Assembly (NCBI GenBank): GCA_963778745.1 | Contig: CAVZVP010000007.1 | Location: forward strand, 75,150-139,149 | Length of the DNA stretch: 64,000 bases | Direction of reading: 5' to 3' | Origin: an uncultured Alphaproteobacteria bacterium | Lineage (GTDB): Bacteria; Pseudomonadota; Alphaproteobacteria; Rhizobiales; Xanthobacteraceae | Part shown: positions 62,958-64,000 of the stretch, one piece after another | Layout: the number at the start of each line of letters is the position of its first letter | Numbering within the stretch: position 1 is the stretch's first letter | Translations under genes and position numbers: made by a program | Notes under the pieces: generated by a model | What the model was told of the DNA's origin: nothing | The model's database searches: none | Seen by the model: the letters and a program-made list of their open reading frames with translations, nothing else

Positions 62958-64000
62958 GTGGCCAACGACGAACCGCCGGCCCGTCAGCCGGGCTATCGAC
63001 CACCCGACAATCGACCCACTCCGGCGCCGGAAGGGGCACAGCCGAGCGCCAGCCGGCTGAGTGTTGACGTCGCGCCGCGCTACATCCGGCTGCAGCCGGG
63101 CGAAGTTGTGACGGCGACGATCAAGGTCCGCAACATGGGCTCGGTGGTCGACGAGATCACGCTCACGCCGCGCGGCGAGGCGGCTGCCTGGATAACGGTC
63201 GCGCCCGACACGCTGAACATCTACCCCAGCACCGAGGGCGAAGCGACTATCCGCTTTGCCCCGGCCCGTGCGCCGCGCCCGCCGGCCGGCCTGTTCGCCT
63301 TCGAAATCGCCGTCAACTCCGACCGCCAGCCGGCCTCGTCGATGGTCTACCGCGGCTCGGTCGAGCTGGGCGCCTACGACAGCCTGACGGCAGCCGCCAC
63401 CGGCACCACTTTCCTGTCCGGCCGGCGCGACGCGATCCTGCCCATCAAGGTGCGCAACCAGGGCAACCGCCCGACCAACGTGCAGGTGTCCGCGGCCGAC
63501 CTGCCCGGCGCCAACGTCATCCTGTCGGCGCCCGCCTTCGCCCTCGAGCCGGGCGGCGAGGCGACGGTGTGGGCGACGATCAGGCCGCGCTCCGGCTTCA
63601 TGTCCGGCCCGCCGCGCCAGTTCCCCTTCACCATCTCGGTCAGCAGCGACTACTCCGCGCCGCTGACCATCGACGGCCGGATGGAGCAGCAGGCCCGCTT
63701 CAGCCGCAAGCGCCTCGTCGCCGTGGGCGTGCTGGCCGCCGTCCTGCTCACCGTCGGCGGCGTCTTCGGGGCCAACGCGCTGGGCCTGCTGCCACCACTT
63801 ACCGGCAGCGGTCCCACGCCGACGCCGGCGGTGACCGCCAGCGCCGCCATCACACCGCCGCCGTCCGGACAGTCGACAACCGGGCCAACAACTGGGCCGA
63901 CCGACAAACCGACAGGTGGCCCGACGGCGAGCGTGGAGGTAACCAACGGGCCAACGCCGACGATTACCCCTTCGCCGACACCGACTACTGATCCATTCGC
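62958..64000 (+). CDS. membrane-anchored surface protein with two Ig-like (CARDB/NEW3-type) domains and Pro/Thr-rich tail; 3' end outside window
   Basis: Not in the ORF track because it has no stop. GTG 62958 after GGAG. Twin modules ...GEVVTATIKVRNMGSVVDEITL... and ...AILPIKVRNQGNRPTNVQV..., TM LVAVGVLAAVLLTVGGVF, then TPTPAVTASAAITPPPSGQSTTGPTTGPTDKPTGGPT. Confidence 0.6.
   Translation, partial: MANDEPPARQPGYRPPDNRPTPAPEGAQPSASRLSVDVAPRYIRLQPGEVVTATIKVRNMGSVVDEITLTPRGEAAAWITVAPDTLNIYPSTEGEATIRFAPARAPRPPAGLFAFEIAVNSDRQPASSMVYRGSVELGAYDSLTAAATGTTFLSGRRDAILPIKVRNQGNRPTNVQVSAADLPGANVILSAPAFALEPGGEATVWATIRPRSGFMSGPPRQFPFTISVSSDYSAPLTIDGRMEQQARFSRKRLVAVGVLAAVLLTVGGVFGANALGLLPPLTGSGPTPTPAVTASAAITPPPSGQSTTGPTTGPTDKPTGGPTASVEVTNGPTPTITPSPTPTTDPF

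Overview
High-GC 64-kb window that reads as two unrelated pieces joined near 50.93-50.98 kb.

**(A) 1 to ~50.9 kb.** This is the chromosomal core of an alphaproteobacterium. Gene order and REP-type hairpins suggest Hyphomicrobiales, Bradyrhizobiaceae/Xanthobacteraceae-like (inference).
- Genes present: rluA-like fragment, mtaB-dapF, ffh, rpsP-rimM-trmD-rplS, leuC and leuD separated by about 3 kb of small genes, asd, leuB, sdhCDAB, argG and rlmN.
- An accessory island at 18.5-27.3 kb carries Bug/TctC binding proteins, a type III CoA-transferase, a CitE-like lyase, an FAD monooxygenase and two decayed gene remnants.
- This part has sporadic lesions. Two are in-frame TAG stops (13612; 18317-18319). 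At least five are single-nucleotide frameshifts: the beta-propeller remnant, leuB, the Mo-oxidoreductase and two in its cytochrome b partner.

**(B) ~50.97 to 64.0 kb.** These are housekeeping and envelope genes with non-proteobacterial (Chloroflexota/Actinomycetota-like) protein signatures.
- Genes present: an N-terminally truncated AlkD-like gene, gyrA, prs, a zinc-ribbon/class III cyclase/AAA/TPR giant, and a GtrA + methyltransferase + GT2 + GT-C module. Divergent from that module is an Ig-like, Pro/Thr-rich surface protein that runs off the window.
- Between 51.0 and 57.9 kb the true reading frame hops about 30 times by my manual tracing. That points to consensus-quality error or a chimeric assembly rather than biology.

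I saw no rRNA, tRNA, CRISPR array, integrase or transposase.

**Most system-like candidates**
- A translationally coupled operon at 14.0-16.9 kb: Tat-exported NADP-oxidoreductase, TLC-like nucleotide transporter, Tat-exported aldo/keto reductase.
- A pair of small secreted proteins at 10.0-10.7 kb sharing a C-x20-C-W C-terminal loop.
- The glycosylation module next to a putative substrate protein at 59.1-64 kb.

All functional calls come from reading motifs by eye; no database search was run.
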